From assembly GCA_965205265.1 (NCBI GenBank), contig CBDBGH010000003.1, positions 4,416,001 to 4,480,000 of the forward strand: a stretch of 64,000 bases of DNA, read 5' to 3'. A program made the translations under genes and the position numbers. How positions within the stretch are numbered: the stretch's first letter is position 1; every line of letters begins with the position of its first letter. Shown piece after piece: positions 53,783-63,374 of the stretch. Origin of the DNA: Alphaproteobacteria bacterium. Lineage in GTDB: Bacteria; Pseudomonadota; Alphaproteobacteria; Bin95. The notes under the pieces were generated by a model. It ran no database searches. It saw nothing but the letters and a program-made list of their open reading frames with translations, and was not told the DNA's origin.

Positions 53783-54763
53783 ATGGAGGAAAACGACCCT
53801 TCCGGCCTGGCGGCGGCGGTGCTGGCGGGCGAACGCCGGGCGCTTGCGCGCGCGATCACACTGATCGAATCCTCGCGCCCCGACCACCGGGAACGGGCGG
53901 ATGCGCTTCTGGAGGCGCTGCTGCCGGCAGCCGGCCGGTCGGTCAGACTCGGCGTCAGCGGCGCGCCGGGGGTCGGCAAGTCCACCTTCATCGAGGCGTT
54001 CGGCCGCCATGTCATCGAAGCCGGCCACCGGGTCGCCGTGCTGGCGGTCGATCCGAGCTCCAAACGCTCCGGCGGCTCGATCCTCGGCGACAAGACGCGC
54101 ATGGAGGCGCTGGCGCGGGACGGCGCCGCCTTCATCCGCCCGTCGCCGGCCGGGACGACGCTCGGCGGCGTCGCGCGGCGCACGCGCGAGGCGATGCTCG
54201 CCTGCGAGGCCGCCGGCTTCGACGTGGTGCTGGTCGAGACGGTCGGGGTCGGCCAGTCGGAAACCGCCGTCGCCGACATGGTGGACATGTTCCTGCTGCT
54301 GCTGCTGCCGGGCGGCGGCGACGAACTCCAGGGCATCAAGCGCGGCATCGTCGAGCTCGCGGACCTCGTGCTGGTCAACAAGGCGGACGGCGAACTCGAA
54401 GGCCAGGCAGGCCGCACGGCAGCGGATTACGAGGCGGCGATGCACCTGCTGCGCCCGTCCGCGCCCGGCTGGACGGTCCGGGTGCAGACCTGCTCGGCGC
54501 TCACCGGCGCCGGCATCCCGGAAGCGTGGGAGGCGGTCGGCGCATTCCGTGAGGCGCTCGGCGCCGGGCTGGAGGAACGCCGCGTCCGGCAGGCGACCGC
54601 CTGGATGTGGAACGAGGTTGCCGAGGGCGCGCTGGATGCGCTCCGGCGCGACGGCGCGCTCCGCGCACTTGCCGGCAGGCTGGAGCGCGAGGTGGCGGCG
54701 GGCCGCGCGGCGCCGGCCGCGGCCGCGCGCAGGCTCCTCGCCCGTTTCCTTGCCGGATCGTAA
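53783..54763 (+). CDS. meaB: methylmalonyl-CoA mutase-associated GTPase MeaB
   Basis: [38 protein letters not shown]. Confidence 0.95.
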   Translation: MEENDPSGLAAAVLAGERRALARAITLIESSRPDHRERADALLEALLPAAGRSVRLGVSGAPGVGKSTFIEAFGRHVIEAGHRVAVLAVDPSSKRSGGSILGDKTRMEALARDGAAFIRPSPAGTTLGGVARRTREAMLACEAAGFDVVLVETVGVGQSETAVADMVDMFLLLLLPGGGDELQGIKRGIVELADLVLVNKADGELEGQAGRTAADYEAAMHLLRPSAPGWTVRVQTCSALTGAGIPEAWEAVGAFREALGAGLEERRVRQATAWMWNEVAEGALDALRRDGALRALAGRLEREVAAGRAAPAAAARRLLARFLAGS

Positions 54764-54849
54764 GGCGGCGGCAAGGTTCCGGTAAGGCCGGCTGCCTATC
54801 TTCTGCCGAGCGCGGCGCGAGCCGCACCGTCAGCAGAAGGAAACGCTTC

Positions 54850-56274
54850 ATGCAAACCAGATTGTTCGTGAGCCGGCCCGCCCGGCGCACGGTCGCCGCG
54901 ATCCTGCTCGGGAGCGCGCTAGCGGCCGGCGGGGCCTGGCAGGTGGGCGCGCTCCAGACCTCCGGCCCGCCCGGCGCCGCAACCGCGGCGCTGCCGAGCC
55001 TTGCCGGGACCATCGAGCGGGTAACGCCCGCCGTAGTGAACATCCGGGTCGAGAAGAGCGTCAGGGCGGAGATGCCGGCGGGCCCGCAGGAATTCATGCG
55101 GCGCTTCTTCGGCGACCGCGCGCCCTGGCCGGAAAAATGGCGCGACTGGCAGCCGGTGACGGGCGTGGGCTCCGGCTTCGTCATCTCGGCCGACGGCCAT
55201 ATCGTCACCAACCACCATGTCGTGGCGGGCGCCAGGGAGATCGCCGTCACCTTCCACGACAAGCGCAAGCTCGCCGCGCGCCTCGTGGGCGCGGACCCGA
55301 AGACGGACCTCGCCCTCCTTAAGGTGGAGGCCGAGGAGCCGCTTGCGCATGTGGCGTTCGCCGAGTCCGGCGAGGTCAGGGTCGGCGACTGGGTGGTGGC
55401 GGTCGGCAACCCCTTCGGCCTCGGCCATTCCGCCACGGCCGGCATCGTCTCGGCGCGCGGGCGCCAGATCGGCGCGGGGCCCTATGACGACTTCCTGCAG
55501 ATTTCCGCTCCCATCAACCGGGGCAATTCCGGCGGCCCGACCTTCAATCTCCGGGGCGAGGTCATCGGCGTGAACACGGCGATCTTCTCGCCCAACGGCG
55601 GCAATGTCGGCATCGGTTTCGCCGTGCCCGCGGCGCTCGCGAACGACATCGTGGCGGAGTTGAAAGCGAGCGGCGCGGTCGAGCGCGGGCGGCTCGGCGT
55701 CCGCATCCAGCATATGGACGACGACCTTGCGGAAAGTCTCGGCCTCGAAAAGGCCGAAGGCGCGCTCGTGGCCTCGGTCGATCCTTCCGGGCCGGCAGCC
55801 GCGGCGGGCCTGGAGACGGGCGACGTGATCCTGGAGGTGGACGGCGCGCGCGTGGTCGAAATGCGCCGCCTGCCCCGCATGATCGCCGAGCGGGACCCCG
55901 GCCGGACGGTGAAGCTGAAGCTCTGGCGCGACGGCGCGGAGGCGAGCGTGGAAGCCGTGCTCGCGACCTCGTTGCCGGCCGGCAACGAGGTCGCGAAGGC
56001 CGGCGCGCGCGAAGGCGGCCTTGCGGGGCTCGATCTCGGCGCGGCGGACGGCAAGGTCGTGGTCGCGGATGTCGCGCCCGGCAGCCCGGCAGCCCGCAAG
56101 GGCGTGCGCAAGGGCGACGTGCTCCTTTCCGTGGACCGCCGCGCCGTCGGGACGCCCGGCGAGGTGGAAGGCATCGTCGCCGAGCTCAGGACGGCCGGCC
56201 GCAAGGCCGTGCTCATGCTCCTCAGGCGGGAAAACAGGGACCGGTTCGTGGCATTGCCGCTGGACACGGCCTGA
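54850..56274 (+). CDS. DegP/DegQ (Do family) serine protease with 2 PDZ domains
   Basis: GSGFVIS, TNHHV, DLALL, INRGNSGG. Confidence 0.93.
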   Translation: MQTRLFVSRPARRTVAAILLGSALAAGGAWQVGALQTSGPPGAATAALPSLAGTIERVTPAVVNIRVEKSVRAEMPAGPQEFMRRFFGDRAPWPEKWRDWQPVTGVGSGFVISADGHIVTNHHVVAGAREIAVTFHDKRKLAARLVGADPKTDLALLKVEAEEPLAHVAFAESGEVRVGDWVVAVGNPFGLGHSATAGIVSARGRQIGAGPYDDFLQISAPINRGNSGGPTFNLRGEVIGVNTAIFSPNGGNVGIGFAVPAALANDIVAELKASGAVERGRLGVRIQHMDDDLAESLGLEKAEGALVASVDPSGPAAAAGLETGDVILEVDGARVVEMRRLPRMIAERDPGRTVKLKLWRDGAEASVEAVLATSLPAGNEVAKAGAREGGLAGLDLGAADGKVVVADVAPGSPAARKGVRKGDVLLSVDRRAVGTPGEVEGIVAELRTAGRKAVLMLLRRENRDRFVALPLDTA

Positions 56275-56284
56275 TCCCCTGCCT

Positions 56285-56332
56285 CCGGACGCCCGCCGGT
56301 TCCTCCTCCCGCCGGCGGGCGTCCGGCCTTTT
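56285..56332 (+). terminator. intrinsic terminator after the Do protease gene
   Basis: Perfect 15-bp stem CCGGACGCCCGCCGG/CCGGCGGGCGTCCGG followed by CCTTTT. Confidence 0.7.
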
Positions 56333-56374
56333 CCCGGCCCGGTCCGACGCCGCGCCGTGCTAGGATGGCCCGCC

Positions 56375-57055
56375 ATGCTCAAGATCCTCATCATCGAAGA
56401 CGACAGCGAGACGGCGGCCTATACGGCCAGGGGCCTTCGCGAGGACGGGCACCGCGTCGAGACCGCCGCCGACGGCCCGGAAGGGCTGGAGACGGCGCGC
56501 GGCGGCGGCTTCGATGTGCTGGTGGTTGACCGCATGCTGCCGGGGCTGGACGGGCTCAGCCTGGTGCGGACCCTGCGCGCCGGGGGCGACCGCACGCCGG
56601 TCCTTTTCCTGACGGCGCTCGGCAGCGTCGGCAACCGCGTCAAGGGGCTGGAGGCCGGGGCCGACGACTATCTCGTCAAGCCCTTCGCCTTTGCGGAACT
56701 GCGCGCGCGCATCGAGGCGCTGGCCCGGCGGCGCGCGCCGCCGGCTGCGGCGGAAACCGACTTCACCATCGGCGACCTCGAAATCCGCCGCCTGGAGCGC
56801 CGCGTTTACCGGGCGGGCAAGCCCTTGGCGCTCAAGCCCAGGGAGTTCCGGTTGCTGGAAGTGCTGGCCGAACATGCCGGGCGGGTCGTCACGAGGACCA
56901 TGCTGCTGGAGCAGGTCTGGGACTTCAGTTTCGATCCGGGCACCAATGTGATCGACGCGCAGATTTCGCGGCTGCGCGCCAAGATCGACAGGGGTTTCGA
57001 CACGCCGCTGCTGCATACCGTCAGGGGCGTCGGATACCGCCTTGCGGCCGACTGA
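56375..57055 (+). CDS. OmpR family response regulator
   Basis: ILIIEDD, DRMLPG, GADDYLVKPF, HTVRGVGY. Confidence 0.95.
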   Translation: MLKILIIEDDSETAAYTARGLREDGHRVETAADGPEGLETARGGGFDVLVVDRMLPGLDGLSLVRTLRAGGDRTPVLFLTALGSVGNRVKGLEAGADDYLVKPFAFAELRARIEALARRRAPPAAAETDFTIGDLEIRRLERRVYRAGKPLALKPREFRLLEVLAEHAGRVVTRTMLLEQVWDFSFDPGTNVIDAQISRLRAKIDRGFDTPLLHTVRGVGYRLAAD

Positions 57056-58415
57056 CCTGCTGCGCACCTCGGCCTTCCGGCTGACCCTGGTTTATCTGGC
57101 CGTGCTGGGGGTCTTCGGCTTTGTAGGCTTCCGCTTTCTCTACAGCGCCTCCCTGGAGGCGCTGCGGCAGGAGAGCCGGCACATCGTGCAGGCGGAGCTG
57201 GAGGGGCTGGCGGAGCATTACCGGGCGTTCGGGCCTCTCCGGCTCAGCGCCGTCATAGAGGGCCGAAGCCGGCGCGAGGGCCGGTCGCTTTACCTGCTGG
57301 CGGACCGGCGGGGCCGTAAGGCCGCCGGCAATCTCGGCTCATGGCCCGAGACGGCGCGGGAGCCCGGCCGGTGGCACGATTTCCACTATCTGCGCGCCCA
57401 TGACGGCGAGCCTCCCCACCGGCACACGGCCCGCGCCTATGTCGCCAACCTTCCCGACGGCTTCCGGCTTCTGGTCGCCCACGATATCGACGAGGAAGTC
57501 GCGCTCAGCCGCCGGATCGTCGTCTTCGGCGCCGCGGCCGGGGGACTGATCCTGCTGGCGGGGCTGGCGGCCGGCGTGCTCGTTTCCCGCGACCTGCGCC
57601 GGCGGGCGGAGGCGGTGGACGAGACCGGCCGGCGGATCATGGAGGACGGCGACCTGTCCCGGCGGGTGCCGGTGACGGGGCGCGGCGACGAGTTCGACGA
57701 CCTGGCGAACAGCGTCAACCGCATGTTGGCGCGCATCGAGGTGCTGATGAGCGAGTTGCGCGAGGTCACGGACGACATCGCGCACGACCTCCGCCGGCCG
57801 CTGGCCCGCCTCCATGCGCGGCTGGAGGACGTGTTGCGCGGACCCGCCGATGCGGGAGCCTACCGGGCCGCGCTGGCGGATACCGCGGCCGAAGTCCGGG
57901 AGCTGATAGACACCTTCAACATGCTGCTCGCGATCGTCAGGGCCGAGTCCGGGTCGGAGGCTGCGGTCGCCGTCGATCTCGCGGGGCTTGCAGAGGACGT
58001 GGTCGAGCTCCACCAGCCGCTGGCGGAGGAATGCGGCCTCACGCTTGAGTTCGCGAAGGAAGGCCCCGTCCCCGGGATCGAGGGGCAGCCGGAGCTGCTG
58101 GCCCAGGCGCTCTCCAACCTCATCGACAATGCGGTCAAATACACGCCCCCGGGCGGGCGCGTCTCGGTCGCCGCCGGCCCCGCCGGCATTGCCGTGGCCG
58201 ACAGCGGCCCCGGCATCGCGCCGGAGGACCGGGAGCGCGCGATGGACCGCTTCGTGCGCCTCGACCCGAGCCGCCATCTGCCCGGCAACGGCCTCGGCCT
58301 GGCGCTCGCCGCCGCCGCCGCCCGGCGCCACAACGCCCGCCTGGTGCTGGCCGACGCCGCGCCCGGCAAGAACCCGCCGGGCCTCAGGGCCAGCCTGGAA
58401 TTCGCCGCGCCCTGA
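57042..58415 (+). CDS. HAMP-domain sensor histidine kinase
   Basis: Two TM segments, IAHDLRRPL, NLIDNAVKY, DSGPGI, GLGL. Confidence 0.93.
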   Translation: MRPTDLLRTSAFRLTLVYLAVLGVFGFVGFRFLYSASLEALRQESRHIVQAELEGLAEHYRAFGPLRLSAVIEGRSRREGRSLYLLADRRGRKAAGNLGSWPETAREPGRWHDFHYLRAHDGEPPHRHTARAYVANLPDGFRLLVAHDIDEEVALSRRIVVFGAAAGGLILLAGLAAGVLVSRDLRRRAEAVDETGRRIMEDGDLSRRVPVTGRGDEFDDLANSVNRMLARIEVLMSELREVTDDIAHDLRRPLARLHARLEDVLRGPADAGAYRAALADTAAEVRELIDTFNMLLAIVRAESGSEAAVAVDLAGLAEDVVELHQPLAEECGLTLEFAKEGPVPGIEGQPELLAQALSNLIDNAVKYTPPGGRVSVAAGPAGIAVADSGPGIAPEDRERAMDRFVRLDPSRHLPGNGLGLALAAAAARRHNARLVLADAAPGKNPPGLRASLEFAAP

Positions 58416-58523
58416 CCCGGCTGGCGCGCCGGCTATGGACCGGACGAGACATGCGAATCCGGCGGCCGGCCGGTATGAAACATGGATTGTTCGAAATAAT
58501 CGAGTAATATTTCTCTATAAGGA

Positions 58524-58550
58524 TTGCATTCTCAGAAAGTGTGCTATTAT
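58524..58550 (+). promoter_or_regulatory. candidate sigma70 promoter of the TerS-like element
   Basis: TTGCAT then extended -10 TGcTATTAT in an AT-rich patch (spacer only 15 nt); counterpart TTGATT-N16-TACAGT with TG extension on the minus strand at ~6339-6366. Confidence 0.5.
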
Positions 58551-58804
58551 GGGCCCGAGGGAAGCGGCGTCCATGGACCGCGTCCCGCCCGCGCCGGCCC
58601 GGTGCGGAGCGACCCCGATTCAGCCGACAGGCGAAGTGCGTCCTGTGCCCGCCTCGCGCGCGGGCAATCAGGCGCGCGAACCGCGCCGCCGCGAAACGCG
58701 CCCGCCCGCGCACAGGCGCCCGCGCAGGATACGCGCGGTAAAGGGTCGCTCCCTGCCGGGCGGTGCGCCGAACGAACGCGAACCGGAACGAAGGAGCCGC
58801 ACCC

Positions 58805-59731
58805 ATGCCCGTGCTCGACCCGACCCTCTCCCTCTCCTCCCGACAGGAAGCCTTCTGCCGCCACTACACAGCCTCCGGCAATGCCGCAGACGCCGCAAGG
58901 CGCGCCGGCTATGCCGAACGCTCCGCAAGGCAGACCGGCTCCGCCCTGCTGGAACGCCCCTGGATCGTGGAGCGGGTGCGGCGCATCCGCATGTCGTGGC
59001 GGCGCACCGAGCGGGACGAGGCGCAGATCGTGCTCGCCCGTCTGGAGCAGGCCTGGGATGCGGCGGTCGCCAGCGGGTCCGCCTACATGATGGTCCGGAT
59101 CGTCCGCTTCCAGGCGGAGATTGCGGGGCTGACGCAGCCCGCCAACCGGGCGGCGCTCTGGTCGATGCCGGAGGAGGACGAGTTCGGCGAGATCGAGGCC
59201 GGCGAGGCGCAGGAGGCCGGCACCGTGCCGGGACCCCTGGCCGAGGCCGTGCGCCACGGCCGTGCCCGCGCCGAACGCGCCCTTGCCCGCCATTGCGGGA
59301 ACAGGGAGGCGATGGAGGCAGGGGAAGGCTTCGACGGGGCCGCCCATGCGCAGGTTGCCGCAAGGCTCACGGCGGCCGTCGAGGAGCGCGAGAGCCTGCC
59401 CGTCCGCTTCGACCCGCCGCCGCCCGCACCGGCCAACGACCTTCCCCTCGCTGACGACCCGCCCGAAGACACCTACGACCCGGAGCGGTTCCCCGGCGAG
59501 TGGGCCGACGGCGACCGCCCGGGCGAGGAGGAACGCGCCGAGGGCGCGGAAACCGACTGGCTCTACCAGCGCCGCAACGACTATGCCGAGATCCACGACC
59601 CCTGGTCGCCGGAAAACATCGAACGCCGCCAGGCCGACAGCCTCAACCGGCTCGAGAATGGGCCGCCCCCTTCGACCCGCCCCGCAACCCCGGTCTCGCA
59701 CCCGACCATGACATTTCATGACATCCCATGA
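58805..59731 (+). CDS. terminase small subunit-like HTH protein with acidic/Pro-rich tail
   Basis: LSSRQEAFCRHY..SGNAADAARRAGYAERSARQTGSALL matches the TerS N-terminal HTH pattern; RBS AAGGAG. Confidence 0.7.
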   Translation: MPVLDPTLSLSSRQEAFCRHYTASGNAADAARRAGYAERSARQTGSALLERPWIVERVRRIRMSWRRTERDEAQIVLARLEQAWDAAVASGSAYMMVRIVRFQAEIAGLTQPANRAALWSMPEEDEFGEIEAGEAQEAGTVPGPLAEAVRHGRARAERALARHCGNREAMEAGEGFDGAAHAQVAARLTAAVEERESLPVRFDPPPPAPANDLPLADDPPEDTYDPERFPGEWADGDRPGEEERAEGAETDWLYQRRNDYAEIHDPWSPENIERRQADSLNRLENGPPPSTRPATPVSHPTMTFHDIP

Positions 59732-59733
59732 CA
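59707..59733 (+). repeat. 3 x CATGACA direct repeats with 10-bp period
   Basis: catgacattt catgacatcc catgaca at 59707, 59717 and 59727. Confidence 0.8.
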
Positions 59734-59808
59734 CGCTGCAAACTCCCGGCGTCCGGGGTGGCGAAAAGGAGGGCGCATGATTCCACAGGCATCGGGAGGG
59801 GATGCGGC

Positions 59809-61176
59809 ATGAACGGCATGCGGGAGCTGTTGGACGAGACGGTCCGGCGCGCGGCGCGGTTTCTGGAATCGCTGCCGGAACGCCCCGTGGCTGCGGCGCG
59901 CGGCGCGGGCGAATTGGCGGCGGCGTTGGGCGGCGCGCTGCCGGAAAAGGGGCTGCCGGCTTCCGAAATTCTCTCCCGGCTCGACGAGACCGGCGGGCAG
60001 GGAACGGTTGCAAGCGCGGGCCCGCGCTATTTCGGCTTCGTAACCGGCGGCGTCCTGCCGGCCCCGCTGGCCGCCAACTGGCTCGCAGCCGCATGGGACC
60101 AGAACGCCTTCAGCGAAGCGAGCTCACCGCTCGGCGCCGCGGTCGAGCGTGTCGCGGCGCGGTGGCTGCTCGAAGCGCTCGACCTGCCGGCGGATGCGGG
60201 GACCGCGTTCGTCACCGGGGCGACGATGGCGAACTTCGCCGCGCTCGCCGCCGACCGCCGCGCCGTGCTGCTCGCGCACGGCCATGACGTGGACCGGCAC
60301 GGGCTCCACGGCGCTCCGGAGGTCGCCGTCGCGGTGGGCGAGCAGGCGCACGCCACGCTGTTCAAGGCGCTGGGCATGCTCGGGCTCGGGCGCGACCGGG
60401 TGGTCCGGGTGCCCGTGGACGGCGAGGGCCGCATGCGCGTGGAGGCGCTGCCCGACCTGGACGGCCCGGCGATCGTCTGCGCGCAGGCGGGCAATGTGAA
60501 CACAGGCGCGTTCGACCCGGTGGGCGCGATTTGCGAGGCGGTGCGCGCCGAGGATGTCCGGGTGCATGTGGACGGCGCCTTCGGCCTCTGGGCAAGAGCG
60601 TCGCCCGAGTTCGCGGCGCTGACGCAGGGCATCGAGCGCGCCGACTCCTGGGCGGCCGATGCCCACAAATGGCTCAACGTGCCCTATGACAGCGGCCTCG
60701 CCATCGTGCGCGACGCCGGCGCGCTCAGCGGCGCGATGTCGGTGCAGGCGGACTATCTGCCCGACCCGGAGAACCGGGAGCCGTTCGAATTCACGCCCGA
60801 GACCAGCCGGCGCATGCGCGGGGTCGAGGTCTGGGCGGCGCTGGCGTCGCTCGGCCGCGACGGGCTGGCGGCGCTGGTCGAGCGCAACTGCCGCCAGGCG
60901 CGGCGCTTTGCGGCCGGGCTGCGGGACGCCGGCTTCGAAATCCTCAACGACGTGGCGCTGAACCAGGTGCTCGTTGCATTCGGCGACGACCGGACGACCG
61001 AACGGGTGATTCGCGGCGTGCAGCGCGACGGGACCTGCTGGTGCGGGGGGACCCGGTGGAACGGCCGCGCCGCCATGCGCATCAGCGTCTCGTCATGGGC
61101 GACCGCCGACGATGACGTGGAGCGGAGCCTCGACGCCATCGTCCGGGTGGCAAACGAGGTCCGGGGAAAGGCGTGA
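59809..61176 (+). CDS. PLP-dependent decarboxylase (group II)
   Basis: GPRYFGFV, GNVNTGAFD, HVDGAFG, DAHKWLNVPYD. Confidence 0.9.
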   Translation: MNGMRELLDETVRRAARFLESLPERPVAAARGAGELAAALGGALPEKGLPASEILSRLDETGGQGTVASAGPRYFGFVTGGVLPAPLAANWLAAAWDQNAFSEASSPLGAAVERVAARWLLEALDLPADAGTAFVTGATMANFAALAADRRAVLLAHGHDVDRHGLHGAPEVAVAVGEQAHATLFKALGMLGLGRDRVVRVPVDGEGRMRVEALPDLDGPAIVCAQAGNVNTGAFDPVGAICEAVRAEDVRVHVDGAFGLWARASPEFAALTQGIERADSWAADAHKWLNVPYDSGLAIVRDAGALSGAMSVQADYLPDPENREPFEFTPETSRRMRGVEVWAALASLGRDGLAALVERNCRQARRFAAGLRDAGFEILNDVALNQVLVAFGDDRTTERVIRGVQRDGTCWCGGTRWNGRAAMRISVSSWATADDDVERSLDAIVRVANEVRGKA

Positions 61177-61212
61177 AGCAGTCGGCGGGTTTGGGGGTTC
61201 CGTCGCCGTGCT

Positions 61213-61788
61213 TCAGGGCCAGAGCGCGTCCAGCGGGAAAGCGATCGCCTCGAAGGGCGGGAAGGATACCGGGTCGTCGTTCCTGGCCGAGCCCGCCGGC
61301 GACCAATTTCCTTCCAGAAGCGCGAACGCCTCCAGCACCCGCGCCGCTGGATCGACGAGCCAAAGATGGCCTACCCCTTCCCGCGCATAGACAGGGCGTT
61401 TCTGTTTGAGATCGAATTTCTGCGTCGAGGGGGAAAGGATCTCGCATACCCAGTCCGGCGCGAGGGTGCAATAGGGCGTCTGCGGGTATTCCGGCATCCG
61501 CTCCCGGCGCCAGCCAGCGAGGTCCGGCACCAGAATGTCCTCGCCGAAGTGGAGCTCCGGCTCGTCGATGATCCACCAGCCGCCCGGCCCACCCCGGCCC
61601 TTCTGGAACGGGCTGACAAGTTCATCGCCGAGAGATGACCCCGCGAGCGCATGCGGCATGGCCGGCCGCGGCTGTGTGTGCAGCGCGCCTTCGACGATTT
61701 CGGCCACCATATGCGGCGGCGCATTCAGCACGTCCCGATACGTCGCCCGGCCCGTCTTCCGTTTGCGAAGCGCCGCGCCCGCGCTCAT
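61213..61788 (-). CDS. Uma2 family endonuclease
   Basis: AEIVEG.L...PRP, EPELH, VPDLAGW, APDWVCEILSPST, LWLVDP. Confidence 0.9.
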   Translation of the reverse strand: MSAGAALRKRKTGRATYRDVLNAPPHMVAEIVEGALHTQPRPAMPHALAGSSLGDELVSPFQKGRGGPGGWWIIDEPELHFGEDILVPDLAGWRRERMPEYPQTPYCTLAPDWVCEILSPSTQKFDLKQKRPVYAREGVGHLWLVDPAARVLEAFALLEGNWSPAGSARNDDPVSFPPFEAIAFPLDALWP

Positions 61789-61860
61789 CCCGTCACCCCC
61801 GTTCCATGCTCCCCGTCATGCTACGCCCGCGCTCCAATCCTGTCACCGGCACGCTCTGCC

Positions 61861-62259
61861 TCACGTCTCGACGACGACATAGTCCTCCTCGACGCGGACG
61901 GGCACGGTTTCGGCCCGAAGCTCCTCGGCCGGCTCGGCGGAGACGCGGAAGGCGCGGGTGCGGTGGCGGCGGGGGTCGAAGCGGCTTTCGCCGGTGGCGA
62001 GGTCGAACTCCCAGCCATGCCAGGGGCAGCGCAGGATTTCCCCCGGACGCGAGAAGCTGTAATCGCCCGGCGCGCCCGCCTCGACGAGCCCGGTCAGCAC
62101 CCCTTCGGAGAGCGGTCCGCCCTGGTGCGGGCAGCGGTCCAGCAGGCCGAAATAGCGCCCGCCGACATTGAACAGCGCGATACGCCGGCCCTCCAGCACC
62201 ACGCAGCGCCGCGTGCCCGGCGGAAACTCGGAGACGGGGCCGACGACATGCCGGGTCAC
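61861..62259 (-). CDS. Rieske (2Fe-2S) ferredoxin
   Basis: CPHQG...CPWHGWEFD. Confidence 0.9.
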   Translation of the reverse strand: MTRHVVGPVSEFPPGTRRCVVLEGRRIALFNVGGRYFGLLDRCPHQGGPLSEGVLTGLVEAGAPGDYSFSRPGEILRCPWHGWEFDLATGESRFDPRRHRTRAFRVSAEPAEELRAETVPVRVEEDYVVVET

Positions 62260-63374
62260 GGCATTTGCCGGCCGTACACCCCGAGCGCGTTGTCGGTGAA
62301 GAAGGCCCGGCGCTTGTCCGTGTCCACCCAGGAGGGCAGCACCCGGTCCGGCTGGTCAAAGTCCCAATGCGGGTAGTCGGTCGCGAAAAGCAGCCTGTCC
62401 CAGCCGATCCAGTCTATGCACTCGACCAGCTGGCGCGGGCGTCTCGGCTCCTCCATCGGCTGGGTGGTGAGGAACACCTGCTCGCGGACGATCTCGCTCG
62501 GCCGGCGCTTGCAGCGATGCAGCTCGTCCCGCATCCGCATCCACACCCGGTCGAGCCGCCAGCAAAGCGCCGGCAGCCAGGCGAAGCCGCTCTCGATCAG
62601 CACCATCCTGAGGCCGGGCAGCCGGTCGAACACGCCCTCGAAGATCATGCTGGTCAGCACGGCCTGGCTGGACTGCGCGTGGCCGGTCATGTCCTCGATA
62701 TAGTAGGAGGGCCAACCGCTGCCGGTGATCGGCGCGCCGCCGAAGCCGAAAGCGTGGACAGCAAGCGGCAGGCCGGCTGCAGCCGCGGCGTCGTAGATCG
62801 GCCAGTAGCGCCGCTGGCCCATCGGCTCGGCCGTGCGGTTCAGCATGAAGACCTGGACGTAGTCCTCCTCGCCGGCGCAGCGCTCGATCTCGCGGACCGA
62901 CGCCGCCGCGTCCTCATAGGGAATGACAATGGAAGCCTTGAGACGCGGCTCCTCGCGGGTCCAGAACGCGATCTGCCAGTCGTTGATGGCGCGGCAATAG
63001 GCATCCGCGAAATCGAGGTTCTGAAGGCCCTGGCCCGACTTGAGCGGGTTCAGCACGCCGAAGCCGACATTGTTGGGGTCGAGATGCTGGGCGCGCATGA
63101 AGGCGAGGTCGCTGCCGGGCCGTCCGCCCTCGGGCGGATAGGCGTCGCGCCGCGCGGCGTCGGGCTGGCCCTTCGGATAAGCCGGGCCGTTCAGGAAAGG
63201 CTGGCGGGGCCGCGCGCCGTAGCGCTCCATATGGCGCTGCCAGCGCCTCTCCAGAAAAGGATAGATTTCGCGCTCAAGCGATTTCGGGCTCGGATGGATG
63301 TCGCAGTCGGCGATCCGGAGCCGGGCTTCGGCCGTCGCCTCCCCCGACGGGCGGTCCAGAACCTCTACCGTCAT
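62256..63374 (-). CDS. amidohydrolase_2 family protein
   Basis: DCDIHP, GVFDR.P.LR.V..ESG, LLFATDYPHWD. Confidence 0.9.
   Translation of the reverse strand: MTVEVLDRPSGEATAEARLRIADCDIHPSPKSLEREIYPFLERRWQRHMERYGARPRQPFLNGPAYPKGQPDAARRDAYPPEGGRPGSDLAFMRAQHLDPNNVGFGVLNPLKSGQGLQNLDFADAYCRAINDWQIAFWTREEPRLKASIVIPYEDAAASVREIERCAGEEDYVQVFMLNRTAEPMGQRRYWPIYDAAAAAGLPLAVHAFGFGGAPITGSGWPSYYIEDMTGHAQSSQAVLTSMIFEGVFDRLPGLRMVLIESGFAWLPALCWRLDRVWMRMRDELHRCKRRPSEIVREQVFLTTQPMEEPRRPRQLVECIDWIGWDRLLFATDYPHWDFDQPDRVLPSWVDTDKRRAFFTDNALGVYGRQMP

Larger units (their letters stand above)
58480..59740 (+). mobile_element. candidate repeated element, full-length copy: promoter, conserved leader, TerS-like gene, phased CATGACA repeats
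   Basis: Both flanks are homologous to 5870-6420 (inverted). No integrase or transposase is seen, so mobility is inferred only from the dispersed copy. Confidence 0.45.

Noticed and set aside
58770-58795. GAAC repeats as an alphaproteobacterial LexA box
   Set aside because: The offsets between GAAC units do not give the GAAC-N7-GAAC spacing.
58805-59731. Prophage or GTA cluster around the TerS-like gene
   Set aside because: The flanking genes are ordinary cellular genes; there are no structural phage genes in the window.
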